From the NCBI GenBank assembly GCA_965645245.1, contig OZ287072.1, forward strand, positions 2,542,001 through 2,606,000: a DNA stretch of 64,000 bases, read 5' to 3'. Made by a program: the position numbers and the translations under genes. Positions 24,001 to 37,846 of the stretch are shown here, piece by piece; positions within the stretch are counted from its first letter, which is position 1; each line of letters begins with the position of its first letter. The notes under the pieces were generated by a model. The model was not told the origin of the DNA, did no database searches, and worked only from the letters and a program-made list of their open reading frames with translations. The DNA comes from Massalongia carnosa (taxonomy: Eukaryota).

Positions 24001-25789
24001 CTACCGTCATCTTCGCAATCTGCTTGATCAACAAATTAACTAATCTTGGCGAGCGTTGCACCTTCGGTTAATGTGAGGCTGTTGATTGAGCCTTTTAGAG
24101 TCATGTTGCGTAACATGTGAGGTGTATAACGTGATTATGGAAAGATCTGTGATGGATTCCTAAGTAATTAAAGAAATATCAAGAAATATCAAGAATCGAA
24201 AGCTGAAGCTTATTTGATGATCTTTATTGTTTGTTTCAGAGGATAAAGAAATGTCATAGTTGATGAGAGGAAGAAATCAAAGACGCAAACAAGCTTGCAA
24301 CGAACGGAAATAACTCTTATCATATCACGGAAAATATCAATTGATCTCAAATCATTAACGCAATTATTTTATCACATTTCAAAGTGTTCAAACGATTGAA
24401 AACAAAGATGTTCTTTATTGTCTTCGTAGTTATTCTTCATTGTTGATGACATGAAATGAGGGAATTTTTCCTTCGACTCTGAAGTCAACAAGAGTATCAT
24501 GAAAACAAATCATTTGACAAAGAACTTGACACAAATCCATCTCGTCAATTGAAAATTTATTTGAGTTCTTTGTAAGTCCTTTAGAAGGAAAATATTATAA
24601 AAGCGTGTCTTGATTTTTTATTTTGAATAATTTTGTCCTTCCGAAATATCATTTCTTTATCGTCTTAGCTTTTTAGACTAAGCATCTATAAACGATCAGA
24701 TCTTGAAAAATCTCTTTCGTAATTATCAATCATGACGACGACTTATCACTTTCCTGGAGCAAAAGGCGGCTCAGGAAATTGTCGTTGTGTCGGTAAAGGA
24801 CATCACGTCTACTGCAAAACACATCAGGTTCTTTGCAAAACTTGCGGCTAAAAGCATATGAAGACAGATATGTCCCGACTGCGGGCGTTGATGTCGGCTT
24901 ATTGATATTCTTTTAAATGCAATCTTATCACGGGGACGATAGATAGATCATCGAATGATATTGCACGATTTGCACGAAACACTGCGATTGCGCAACTCGT
25001 TCGCGTATTTGATCTGGTTGAAACCATGAAAGAACGTTAATATCTAGACTCGTATTAATGTAGAGGCCTTGTTCGAGAACGCGATCAGATAATTGTAAGA
25101 GCTTGAGTGAAGATTTATCTGATCAAATAATCTTACCGCAATCGTCGACGTGATCAAGAATCCACAGCGATGTCCACGCGAGCGGTCCTGGATCCAAGGT
25201 CCTAGTTCTAAGCAAACTGATAGTTTGAAAGCATTTCCAACGCAGGTCTTTTTCTGGGAATGATAACATTTATCTCATGTATGTTGCTTTTATCGATGAT
25301 GTCGTGAACTTTCAGGAAGTCAACCTCACTGTAAATTCGTGCCTTTGCGACCCGTCGTATCGATCTTCCCGGCAAACCTTTGCTCTGATACTTTGCAGTC
25401 CTGACTCTATCCCTTGCGGGGTTTTCGCATTAATTGTCGACGTGAGGCGCGGGGCAGTTGAAGAGTAGCTCAATATGCCGTTGCATGCCCTGGATTTGCA
25501 TTGGTTACACCCACGTAGGCTCTGAACCCGACTACTTGTCTCCTTGCCTGCTTCCTGGACCTTCGATTTCTCTTCGCGGGCAGTATAGCAGGTAGCGTAG
25601 GTAGCTCGGAGCCTCCAACACACTTCTCTATCTGACATATGGTTGCCCTAGCGTTGAACTACCGAGTTCTATCCGCTAGAATATGCTTGAACCAACGCAC
25701 CAGACGATAAATATGAAAACTAGAAGATTGCATGCATTGGGTTGACAAGTACCATCTCCATAGTTTTAATCGAAGACCTATTATAAGGG

Positions 25790-26620
25790 TTAGTGGCAGG
25801 AAATGACCATCTTTGAGAATGAAATCTAAATTAAGATCGCCTCAGCGGTTGAGACAGAGTCAGACCCAATCCAGATTATTTTGCTTGATGACCATGATGA
25901 GGAAGATGTTGGACATAGTTATCACGGTTTATCGATCATCACGTGACAGTAAGTCAAACGACACGAGGAAACTTCTATATCCGGATGATATTCTGAAGCT
26001 CTTCGGAAGTTTGGCTCGTTATGCCATGCGTACAGGACGACTCGTCCGTAGCAATCCACGAATTCTCAAGCACAAGAGAACTTCATGTCAGCTTGCCTTC
26101 ATCCTTTGTTGCCGGCTCTGTTGTATGAATCACAAACGCATTTCTCGATATAGCGCAATCTCTTCTGACTCGCAATGATCCAGCATGAACAGAAAGAAGG
26201 ATTTGGAGTCGGCGGAACCTCCCAATCCGCAGAAAATAGTACAATTATCGTCATCGTCGGTCTGTAGCCGATTAAGCATAGCCAATGGAATCTGTTTTTC
26301 GTTGTTGGGCTGATACCGCTCTGATTGTCATCACTATCGAAGAGAAGAGCACTACTTTGGTTGTACGTAAACCTGTTGAGCCGCATCATCGCCATTATAA
26401 GGTCTTGCAGAGCTTGTGTGCATCGCTCTTCGACCATCGGCTTCGACTCCTCGCTATCAAATCAACAGTCTACAAGAAGATTGTTAAAACGGGCAACTGA
26501 TGCCAGGTACCAAAACCAGCTGACAGAGCAATTTGCGTCTACCCGGGCAAAAGAGATCTGCGTCGATGGCAAATTTGTATGGAGTCAGAAATCGCATCGG
26601 AAAAGGCAACCGATGAGATG
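25790..26620 (-). pseudogene. Highly degenerate gene remnant, possibly a second APH-like phosphotransferase
   Basis: Fragment ERCTQALQDLIMAMMRLNRFTYNQSSALLFD resembles the middle of fungal APH-like proteins; catalytic motifs not recoverable. Confidence 0.35.
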
Positions 26621-27693
26621 GGAATAGAAGCTTCTGGAATGGCTGGTGGACGGGCATAAATAGGAGCAGTTTACCCTACATAGTGGTAGAAAGTCAATCG
26701 TTTCTCCCAGTGTCTTGTGCATGTGAAAAGCTCGTTTGTCGAACTAGTTATGTCAACTGCCCAGTCCTACAATTCCGCCTGTTGCAGTCACAGTTCCAAC
26801 AAAAGTTGCGTCAACAAAACTTATCAAAATGTAAGGGCAATTGATCTCTTCGTCGAAAGAAATATGGAAGTACACTTCACGAACAAGAACAGTCGTTTCT
26901 CGCCTCATAAGGCACATTGTCTAAACTTCAGAGGTTAAAGCTTGAGCGACGCTGTCTTCAAACCGATCACGGTGGCTAGTTGCGGAATCTTGGCAACCGA
27001 CCGGAGGTCATCGGTAAATTTGGATACGAAAATAAATGTGATACCATCTTAACTCCGGCTCAGAGGTGATATTATAGTTGACTGAGCGATCTGTCGGGTA
27101 TTGAGAAGCCTTGCGACGCCTGCAAAACCGACGAGACGGATTGGGAGAGGTAGTTGAGACGTGTCATAGACCCGATATATTATATGAGAGTATAAGGGGA
27201 GGTGGAGTAGGAGCGTGGAAACGCATCAGACTAGCAAACGGATCAATGGCAAGGATTGGTGGTGCTCAGGGGAAAGGCAGGAGGGAAGCGCAGTAATATC
27301 AGCAAAGGCGGAGATGGGATTTGGATACAACTATTTGATGACTATAGTATTAGTATAAGAGGGCCATCCTGCCTTTAACTTTGGTCAGCTAAACCAAGTG
27401 CATCCTTATCTCTCTTCTGGATCTGCTTGACGCATCGCCGTTAGGCATGTAGTAAAGGCAAGCGCGAAAGCGTGATTATCCAGAGGGCTGGAGTGTTGGG
27501 CAATAAATCTGCATATAGCTGTTAATACAGTAATGTCATGAGCGGCGCAGGAAGGTGTGCGTACTATAACGATGTCATGAACTCGTAAATGTTGGATTGA
27601 GTGGATGGCTGCTGAATAGATGCGGTTTTAATGGTCTTATCGCTTTAGCATTTTGTATGAACACCGATCGTTGAAGTCATACTGTGAGTCAGC

Positions 27694-29108
27694 CTATTCG
27701 GTTATAATAGACCCTTCACCGACTCCGTTCTTAGGAGAGCTCTCTGCCTTTGCAATAGCGATGAATTGTTCTCTAAGCTTATCCTTGCGCGTCTTTGAGA
27801 CGCCGTAATCGAGAACATTGTGAATGTCTTTGCGAAAATCTCGCACATGAATATCATCAATCATCACGTAGTACCGAACCAAGTTCATGTGAAAGATAGA
27901 CACTCCATTCGCCCTCTTCTCATGCCAGTGAACATGGATCTTCGCGAACTGCGGAACCCAACTGCATGAGAAGGCAATATGTTCTTTGTCAGCCCCGGCT
28001 GGCTCAGCTTCTGTGTCTAGCGTGCCAGCTAGAACGGCCAGCTGTCTCTGCGCGGAGACTAGCGCGGCGCCGGAACGAATCGCTTGTGTTTCGGCGGATT
28101 CGATACTGTCTTGATTGCCTTTATTCTCAATCACGAACCAAGGATATTCAAGTCCAGGGGCCACTTCAATTAGAGCCGTCCCTGCGTCGCTCACGATCGG
28201 AAGGGTTAGGTCAGGACACTGAGAGATTTTCAGACCATACACGTAGTCTGGTTTCGGGTCCGAGAGCCCGAGTGTATTCCCAATAATTTGTAGGTGTCGA
28301 GGCAGAGCATTCTTGAGAAATTGACAGTCTGTCTTGTGATCGAGACCGTCTGTAGCGAAGAAAGTCTTCTTCTGCTCAAGAATTTCTCCTGCAGCGTCTC
28401 TCTTCCTTGTTGTTCCCCCATCTCTTGCTTTCTTGACTACCATCGGGACAAGCCCGTTGAAGAATGTCTTCTCATCCTTTGTCTTATTCTCACGCAGATA
28501 CTGTTTCACCTCTTTTGCTGAGTCATCTTTCATTCTAGAACCTCTGTTTCCTATGACTATCTCGAGGACAGTGGCCTGAAATTCGGGGTACTGGTCGAAA
28601 GCTTCTTCTATTTCAAACCACATGCCTTGTTTAGCGAGTGATGCGCGAACGTTTTCGTTGTTGGATCTCGACTTGTTTGGGAAGGACGACGTGGAGGGGT
28701 TTGAAGAGCCAGTAGATTTTGAAGTAGACTTTGACTTTCCGGATTGAGGAGTGAATGGTGCCTGGTAGTGAGTCAGTCAGGCTCCACATTGGAAAGATTT
28801 CTACGCACATCGATAGTTTTGCGGCCACGCTTGGTGGGTGAGGGTAAGGATGAGGTTATTGGATCCATCGCGTTGCAAGATATCCCCCTCAAGGCTGCAC
28901 GGGGGAGTTGCCGACGTGTACGCCGTCGCTTGCTAGAGTCGATTACATCTATGTCGCATTCTTCGATATGGCTCAGTCGCCTCTTTCGAGAGGTGCAAGG
29001 TGACTTTGAAGGAGTAGAAGGCGTCAATGGCGCTAAGGTGGGTGAGGCGTGAGAATCAACACGAGAGAGCCAGTGAATGACGCTCTCAGATACTGCCGTT
29101 GAGCTCAT
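27694..29108 (-). pseudogene. Fungal protein with a C-terminal PD-(D/E)XK nuclease-like domain (DUF7924-like), one frameshift near 28775
   Basis: Low-complexity N-terminus (28773-29108) continues in a shifted frame (THYQAPFTPQSGKSKS..LAKQGMWFE) into ORF 27694-28623 with PKPDYVYGL..PWFVIENKG..AETQAIRSGAALV. Confidence 0.6.
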
Positions 29109-30409
29109 GTGGCAAATTATCGAAAGCGCATGGAACTCGATCTTTTAGATCGTGTGGCGTTGAAGAAATTCTATTAGAGAAGAAACCTGTGGTGTAATGT
29201 CTTGTTTACAATATTTCCGCGAGGTTAGTAGCGCGGAATTGATCCCAATCGTCAACAAGTATGACCCTAGTCCCCAGCAAGCTGATGCCTTTTAAACTTG
29301 CGTTATACCGCTTCTGAATCTTATGTGTCATTTTTTTCATATTTCTGGCATGCGCACCCTATGGCGTATATATTAAATAATCCTCCAATCGGTTCTCGAT
29401 CTTGTGTATTAATGTTTAGGTTCGCAGTGAGCGCGCCCCGCAGCGTACGCGATCAAAAACCCTTCAATTGCCGTTTCCTCTTCCTCCACCATTAGGCCTA
29501 GCCCTGATCAAGTGCATCGCCGCATTTGCCTCCATTGCTGTTTATTTATTGAAGAAATCACGTAACCCCTCCATCACATCCACGACGTAGAAATTTCTAA
29601 TGCCCATAATCCTGAGTCCCAAGAGCTTCGTCCATGTCGACCGCAAAGCTGGCGATCTTTTCGAGCAACTTCACGAGTCAGAAGCATGAAGGTCTCATAG
29701 AGTCGGCCGTAGGGATTGTGGATGACGGTATAGGGACGCCCAGGCTCATCAGGCCGGCCCTATGAAAGTGCATCAGCGACGTATCAGATGAGGGGTGTGT
29801 AGCTGACCTCAAGACTGATCACCGCGAAAGACCGCATATAGGGCGTTATCACGAGCTGTGCCTCCTGACCTTTCCTCATTTCGGTCGGTAGCCTCTTGTT
29901 GTAAGTTCCTACAGTCGTGAGCCGCCATCGGCTTTGTCGCAAGAGGCCGAATAGTGGAGCTACGTACCCGCAGAAGGCACGAGTCATGACTATCACGTCC
30001 TCGAGCCAGAAGGTAGTTTTGGCATCAGCCATGGCGTGAAAGCGGTAGTAGGTGATGAACGTAATTGATGATTGTACCGCTAAAGCTTGGGCAGGTTGAG
30101 GATGGAACTGTGATGGAAGGGGTGTTAGTTGCAAAGGGGCTGACCGTGATGATGAACGGTAGATGTGAATAATCGCTGTGCCGCTGGAACTCGAGTCGGT
30201 TGAAGATTGAATGTTCACGCAAGATGGAGGCTCCTGTAAGGAGAGATTACTGCTTGGGTGGAAGGTAGGATGAAAGAAGAATGAAAGTTTTGTGAAATAA
30301 GTAATGGATGAAGATTTTTTTGCCCCAATCCTCATAACGGCGGAGACGACACCGAGAATCCACCAAATATGACCCAAAAGCTCTCAACATGTCACTTCTC
30401 GTCGCCATA

Positions 30410-32425
30410 TCACTGATTACTCAGGGATTGTAGAACGATTTCCCTTTGCTTTTCCGGCATTTGGAGCACCTGCCTCAATAACTCTTCTTTATCCCCCTTT
30501 AGTAGCGCCGCAACGTCTGATAAGACCCTTTCACGAGACCTCTCGCTATTCTCCTCATTCGAACTCGGCCCTGTATGTGATATGTCAAAGCTATACTCAC
30601 TCACAGTTAGGCTCTGCCTACCCTCGCCCAAAGTGAACGTAGCCTTCAGCTGCCCGTCGTACGAGTATACCTCAGCAGTACGTTCACGTGGTTCTACCAC
30701 AATTTGAACAATATGATTTTGAAGCTCGATGTCTATCGTTCGACCAGACTGGTATTAGCGCAAAGGCACATCTCATCACAGGATTAGGATTAAACTCGCC
30801 TTGAATTTCGATGTCCTGAAGCTTAGATCTAGGACAGAAATTGAGGATGATGTAGTCGTCCAGAATATTCCATGTTCGATATTTGCCCTCTGGTCCGAAT
30901 CGATATGCATGCTCTGAGATCTGCGCCTTACTACCTGACTGAAGGATTTCAACCCCCCATTTCTTGTTATAAATGTAGAAGTCAATCCTTCCATTTGTGG
31001 AATGAGTATATTCGGACAAGATCGGTAAATGATGGAGCTGATAATGAAGACACCGGTACATCTCGTTTTGAAATGCCGATTTGGGGACCGTCCAGCCATT
31101 ACCGGACTCCGCACGCCGGGTCTGTATGGCAGACGGACTAAATCCTTGGATGGCACTCAGGGACACCTGCAAAGGAGTAAGATTTTGAGGAGTTAAAGCC
31201 GGATCAGGCCCTGGAAAGAGTCGTCTATAAGCGACTCTAAACAACAGTCAGTATAGACACTAGAATTTGGGAGGTAACGTATGTACCTCCGATGGATTGG
31301 AGACGCAAAAATATAAGTGACTTCCTGGTCTCCAGGCCGGGCCGACTCTGTGTGGAGAAAACCCATTCTATGGCAAAATGAAAGTGCGTCGTATCCGGTT
31401 TGTGATCGAGTAAGGCCGCAGGGTTGTCTCGCTACTGCCTCCATCGCTCGAACCACGTTAGGAAATTTAATGTCGCCGTGATGGTGCCCTATTAAAGCTT
31501 TGACACAAAAGCGTTCGGCATCTTTCGTCCAGACTCCTCTGCCCTAACGTTCAAGCTCACCCATAAAGCCGTCTTGGTCAGTGACGATGTCATGACAGAT
31601 CTCGGGCGTCCATGTTCTCGATAGCCGGATTTAGCTCTCTAGCTATAAAATGGTTATCAGCATAAGGCGCTTCGTGACGAAATCTGTAATCAGTCACCTA
31701 AGGAAAGCGGAATTCAAAATACACCAGAATCAACCAAATCATGCCGGGATGGCCACCGGTCGCCTCATGAATGTACTGGCACACACTATTCGCGAGTTTA
31801 TATTTGTTTGTGATCGCCCATTTAGTGACAACAGTGGTAGTGTCCTTCGATGTAAACAAAATGTGTGACTGACCATTGGCAGAAGGACGAAGCTCAATGC
31901 GCTGTTCTGGATCGAGCTTCATAGCTTCGGATTGGACATTCCCGATGCGCCCTGTTAACATCCCGGTCGAACCGTACACACACACTAGCACGAACAGTGG
32001 GCTTGATCTGGTATTTCTGTTTTTCAGGTGGCCGTACCAGAAATCGTGTTCGGGATACGAGTTCTGTGCCTCGTCTAGTAAGTATATCAACCTTGCTTTG
32101 GATTATGGGCGCGGTGATAGGCATTTTCTCGACGATAGCTCTGTGTTGCTCGATTAAGATACGGCTTACATTCGAGGCCATCGCGCCCTTCTTCGTCCTT
32201 GCGCTGCCAAATGATCCACACAGGCTCGAGAGAAGGATACTGGTACAGAATATGTCGACCTAGTAAGTGAAGCAGAGTCGTCTTACCGACCTGTGGAGTT
32301 GCACGAATGATGACCACTTTTCTTTCGAACACCAACTTCAAAGTAGCATCAATAAGCTCTTCTCTGCCGCATATATAATCACAATTTGGGTCCCACATGG
32401 CAGGCTGAGCATTATGTTCATCCAT
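30410..32425 (-). pseudogene. Crinkler-like P-loop NTPase plus PD-(D/E)XK restriction-endonuclease-fold protein, disrupted
   Basis: Walker A RATPQVGKTT, Walker B YLLDEAQ, TGGHPG motif, FASPIHRR, then FQNEMYRCL..ILSEY..GRIDFYI..WGVEIL; introns, a 1-nt frameshift near 32098 and in-frame stops. Confidence 0.7.
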
Positions 32426-32986
32426 GTCGTGATCACAGAAAGTACATGCGTTGGCTGATGGGAAAAATGAGCCTTGTGGGCAGGGACACTCGTTGCACGG
32501 CCAGTGAAGAATCGAGTTATCAGGAGGCTTACGTGTTGACTCCGCAGGTGGGACTAATGCGATGTTGGGATGTTTGTTGACTTTGCCGGAATAAGAAGAG
32601 AGAAGCTGTTGCGTCAGTTTCTTGGAAGCGGTCGTGAGGTGCGACTGTTGAGTTAAATAGGTAGGTAATAGTATGTGTGGGAAGGATTGATTATTCTATC
32701 TAGGTGGCTATCTACTATGTTTATATAGCTAGATAGATGAGAGATGAATAAGATAGAGAGCAGGCACAGCGGCAGGGCAGGTTTGCCTTGAATCTCCCTG
32801 CCGTACCACCTCATTACCTAGCCGTGTGCGGATCACTTGAGACGTTATTCCCAAGCCGTTATGTTGCCGTCTGGCACGGCACATAGGATGGCTGTCTCAT
32901 CTAACAGCGATGGCTTCTTTGCCTTGGGGGATTTAGTAATAAGAGATTTTTGATTGGATTTTCCAAGAGTAGAGGCGTAGCCAGTG

Positions 32987-34529
32987 CGAGTAGATTCGGG
33001 ACAGACCCCATCTGGCAGACCCCTCGTAAAGTTCTACTGCTTATTAGGACTAGCTTAAGCCTCACCCTCACACTAAATTAATAGTCCATCTACTAATGCA
33101 ACGTCCCCCCGCAAGCTTCATATACCCAGTCACTTGCAACATTACTTTGCTGTAGCCAATTCAAACATCACACGTAGCTAGCCTCGGATTATTTGATGAG
33201 GGGTAATCATCCCATATACGCTGCGGGAGAGGGAGGGGCGGAGCCGGAAGAGGATAAGGAAGAGGATAAGGAGGAGGTATGGGGGAGGGTGAGGATGAGA
33301 TGGAAGAGGAGGATGAGGAGGAGATGGGAGAGGAGGATGAGCAGGAGGTGAGAAGAAGGAAAGGCGAAGGGGGAGAAGTGAAGAAGGACGGTGATAGATA
33401 TCGCCGCAGTGGAGTTGATATGATGCAATCTGCAGCATTTGAGTCAATGGATTTGCACAAATCAATGGAAAATTCATATCGAGATGAGGAGTATGCTCGA
33501 GCATACGTAGCAAACAGCGCCAAATTCAATCAACAATGGCTGGAAAGGGAGTCGGCTAGATCTCTTATCCCAACAACTTTCCCTGATGAAATCCGACCGA
33601 AGGAAAACCTCAGGTGGAAAAAGGGAGGAAGTCGTCGGCGTGCTTACACTGGCCGCGAGGCAGCTGAGGCAGATGAGGCCAATCAGCGACGTGCTAGGTT
33701 TAGGGACTCGATTGAACAAGGGAGAAGGCGACGGCATGATAAACTGCGTGAAAGCGATGAAAACGAGAGTGTGATTAGCGATGGTAAAAACCCACGATAT
33801 AAGCAAATCGACGCAACGCGGCTAACATATGATGTAGTAGATTTGACTGAAGATGCGGTCATTGTCTCCGACGACGATGACCTGCATTATGTAGACACTC
33901 AGCCGATTCCCGATCCTTCTACGAGTCTCACACTTCCTTCGAATGACAACGATGCATCTTCAACGTGTTCCGACTCGTTTGAAGATATTGATAAAGTACT
34001 GACGAAACATAGCCAAAAAGTCTCATCTCAAACGGCCCCGTCCCTTTATAATCTTAGGCAAAACCTCCGCCTCAGTCAGTTGCCTGTTACTTCGTCTGCC
34101 ACAACGCGAAGGTCTCGGGGTGTAGCCAAAAGCTCTGTTGGAGTTGGAGTCTCAGCGAAAGGCTAAGCAAGCAGATAAACAGGCTAGGGCCGAAGCGAAG
34201 AAGCAGGCGGCAGCTATGAAGTTTGCTAGGACTATGAAGCCTAGAAAGGAGGAGGTTTCGCAACTGATTGATGAGTTTTCAGAGTTGAGGTCATCGCAAT
34301 GAGTTGTATATATTAGTAATGAAACAGTAGAGTGTAATAGGTGTGACTTTTTCATACAGTCAATCTGGATATAACGACTTATCAGCTAGGTATATGAAGC
34401 TTGCGGGGGGGACATTGCATTAGTAGATGGACTATGAATTTAGTGTGAGGGTGAGGCTTAAGCTAGTCCTAATAAGCAGTAGAACTTTACGAGGGGTCTG
34501 CCAGATGGGGTCTGTCCCGAATCTACTCG
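32987..34529 (+). mobile_element. Mutator-derived element 2 (non-autonomous, keeps only the transposase C-terminus)
   Basis: ~140-bp TIRs (32987-~33126, ~34389-34529) starting CGAG like element 1; C-terminus TTRRSRGVAK..EVSQLIDEFSELRSSQ homologous to 19440-19719; flanks lack a TSD. Confidence 0.88.
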
Positions 34530-34770
34530 GCGCACACATGTTGGCCTTGTCTAATCGCTCGATGTAATCACGAACAGCTTGTTCTTGCTCATCCGTCAGA
34601 GCTTTGTTGGTACTAGGTCGACTGCTTTTGGAGTTGCCTCCATTCCATCGTTTTTGAACCGTACGAGGGGCAACGTCAAAAGCTATGGCTACAGCTCGAC
34701 AATTAGTATACAAGCCATCGTGTAACACACTGTCAATTCGATCCCCGATAGCTGAATATGAATTGACCAT
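34530..34770 (-). pseudogene. Fot1/pogo transposase N-terminal HTH fragment, truncated by MULE element 2
   Basis: MVNSYSAI..NCRAVAIAFDVAPRTVQKRWNG..NKALTDEQEQAVRDYIERLDKAN (psq-like HTH and start of a CENP-B HTH). Confidence 0.7.
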
Positions 34771-37189
34771 GATGTTGTTGATTGTTGACTTGTCGAAGTT
34801 GAGGTGTAAAATGTTGAAAATGCGTCTTTGAGCCGGTAAGCACTGAGGGGTGCTCTCTGCATTCCGAAAGTGGTCTAGCACGATTAATGTTTTAGATTTT
34901 AATAGTCAAGCGAGGGCAACCGAGTTACTTTTAGACTGTGCCAAAACGAATGCAATTCAATTTAACTAATTAAAACGTGTTGATTGAAGTTGAATCCTCA
35001 ATAACATAGAAAGTCTTCTATGTCTTGGATTATTGTAACTCTTCAGCCCCGTTAAGTGCGAAAGCATTAGAATAAATATGACCTTGGGGGGGCATTGGCC
35101 CTAGCCTGACTCAATGAGGAATTCCCTCGATCCGACCTTGATTTCTCAATAGAAGGATATCATTTAACCTCGTGAGATGATGGGAGGTGTCAGACTCCAA
35201 AAGTTCCAACAATAGAAAAATCACCCGTGGAAAGAGACTCTTGCAAATCAGCAACGAGAAGAAATCGCTCGCAGTCGTTTGCAAAGTTTCTCGGAATCGA
35301 GACCTTTAGCAACGAGCGAACTAGATGGCGTCAGGTCTCGCTGATCGAGGCTTGGGAACTCGGTGGAGTGACTGCTGTGGCTGTTGCCCGATGCGCGGAT
35401 GGAATACATATCTACTGGTTAGTTATTAATGGCCTTGGACGTGTACTCGTGAAACGAAGTGGCTTGATCGATCGCAACTGAATAGGAGCACCAATGGAAA
35501 GAGGTAAAAAGCGACTACGATGATAAAACACGTATCATAATCATTGTGCTCGAGGATTCCTTAATTCCGACAACCTCTACCCTGAGATCCTTCATTGATG
35601 GAAAGGCTAGGAGGAGCGCTATCTCTGAAGAAGTCCAGCCGGCCGCAATGAGAAAGACTAGGATACATAAGATATTAAACCAAACAAGATGAGCGTATAC
35701 GCTAACTTTTGCGTCTATTTAGGATCCCTTATTATGCAGTTCCCTTTCGTGCTCAATCGAATAAACCTATTGCCAACTGTTATCGCTATGATAGCGGACC
35801 CCCTCACGCTGCTTAGCGCCCTGGGCAATCCTGAAAATCACAGACGTTACATTTCAGGCTGCCTCTGACAAAGCCAAATATGTCGCAATAAATATTTGGG
35901 GTAAGTATTTTGCTACTGTAGTTAACTTCAAGCAGCCGTCAAGGAAGTCGTTAATAGAAGTCTGCAGACACAGCCATTCAAAGAATCTCAGAGAGCCAGT
36001 ATAACATCGAGATCGCGATAATTTTTATAGCGTTGAAAGCGTGAACTTATGGCCTAGACGGAGATCCTCTAACAAGTCAACAAGAAACGAGGCGGAAGCA
36101 CTGCGCAAAGAGTTCCACCATACAGATACCGATGCTTCTAACCGCATAATACCCCTGCACAGCTACCTAATGAGTGAGAATAGAGTTGATTCCAGCGACC
36201 CCTCTAACGGGTACTTTGCGGTAGTTAAGGACAAGCTCTTTCGACGTCTCGACTCGAAAAATCACTTCTACGTTCAGCATTACTATGACTCGCTCATCGT
36301 ATGTTTCTTGAAGCTCGTTCTGATTTAAGTGATCGCCTTCCACTTCCGATGCCGTGCGCTCGAGAAGTCAGACGAGAAGCGCATCAACCAATGGGCCAAG
36401 GATCTCCTAGCAAATCTTAGGAAGCAGAAAGGAAAAGTACTTAGCCTCATTGCCGGACTCATACTGAAGCTGAAACCAAGTTTCGAAGAGCCCGCCGTCT
36501 CCAGAGGACACTGATGGCCTCACGCATGGCGTTAAGAACAAGTACTCCTCTCACCCGGGGCGACCACGAAAGGCCAAGCCCTTGGAAGGAGTAGAAATTC
36601 GCGTCTCTACTTCTAGTTTTTGTTGATCGCGCCCCAAACCCTCAAACTTGGACGGAGAAGTTCGCCAAAATCGATCAGAACAAGAACCCCGAGCAATGGA
36701 ATGCCCGTGAATAGGAAGAGACCCTCTGTTTCACAAAGATCATCTGTCGCATCACTCAAGAACCAATTTGCTTGGAGAGGAACAAGCTTAAGGTAAGCCA
36801 GACCGACAACGAATACAATAGGATTAAGTTCAAGGTCCTCCTGATTAAGAAGAACACGAAGCCTATCTTTGAGATTCATGGAGTGCTTGGGAACGACGCT
36901 AAGTAGCTGAAGACCAATTATTTTGCGTATAATTGTATCAGGGATAGGTTTGTTCTGATTCTTAGAAGATAAAAGTACTACCGCCGGAAAGCCGGAAGGA
37001 TCGACATATTATTTTTTGGATTTGTTGATTTGTTGAAAAACAGTTAGATTCCAATGAACCGAAAGCAAAATTAGATATGCTTTGGTAGATTTTTGTTCAT
37101 TTAATTATTTGATTTATTTACGTTATGTAAATTATAATATGTTAAATTTATAAAATAACAGAGCGCTTGACCTTGCAGCACAGAGAAGC

Positions 37190-37846
37190 TTGGACATCGA
37201 GGTGCAAATCCTCCACATTCTCGGCGCGCATCCTCGGATCATCAAGTTCAAGGGCGGTGACGCCCAGCAAGGCCTACGTCTCGAAAACCCGGTCAACGGA
37301 AATGTGGCGCAGAATCTCCATCACGCGAGTCTGTCCCAGAAGTTGAAATGGTCACAGCAAGTCGCGGAGGCCGTGGCCTATATCCATAGCCGAGGAGTTC
37401 TTCACTGTGACATCCACACGCATAATCTCCTCCCTTTCGATGCAGAAAATGTAGAACTCGCCGACTTCCAGGGCCGACATCTTTTTCCGGACAGGAGCAT
37501 GCATCTTGATGGCTACCCGTCGGAAAACATCAAGTCATGGATGCTCCGCCACGATGCGAATCACACCGATCAGAAGACCGACATATCTGCCCTGGGCTCC
37601 GCTATTTACGAGATCATGCAAGGCCACGAACCCTTCCTAGAGCTGGATCCTCGTGACGATGAGTCGGAAATCCTAGCGCGATTCGAATCGACTCGCTTTC
37701 CTTCGTTGAGGCCTGATTGAGGAGGCGACGTTGTGCGGGATTGCTGGATGGGGAATTACGGGTCGGCTAGTGAAGTCTGTCAAGACTTGGCTGAGCTTGC
37801 AGAAAAAGCCTCCGAGGATAAACGTAAGGAGTTAGAATATAATTAG
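37190..37846 (+). pseudogene. Protein kinase-like pseudogene, N-terminally truncated
   Basis: EVQILHILGAHPRII, YIHSRGVLHCDIHTHNLL, LADFQG, KTDISALGSAIYEIMQGHEPF; TGA at 37718 followed in frame by GGDVVRDCWMGNYGSASEV; AT-rich tract upstream. Confidence 0.75.

Noticed and set aside
24100..25260. AT-rich tract as a functional element
   Set aside because: No ORF or termini; looks like mutated relic DNA.
35200..36900. Short ORFs as genes
   Set aside because: No recognisable domain or consistent splice model.
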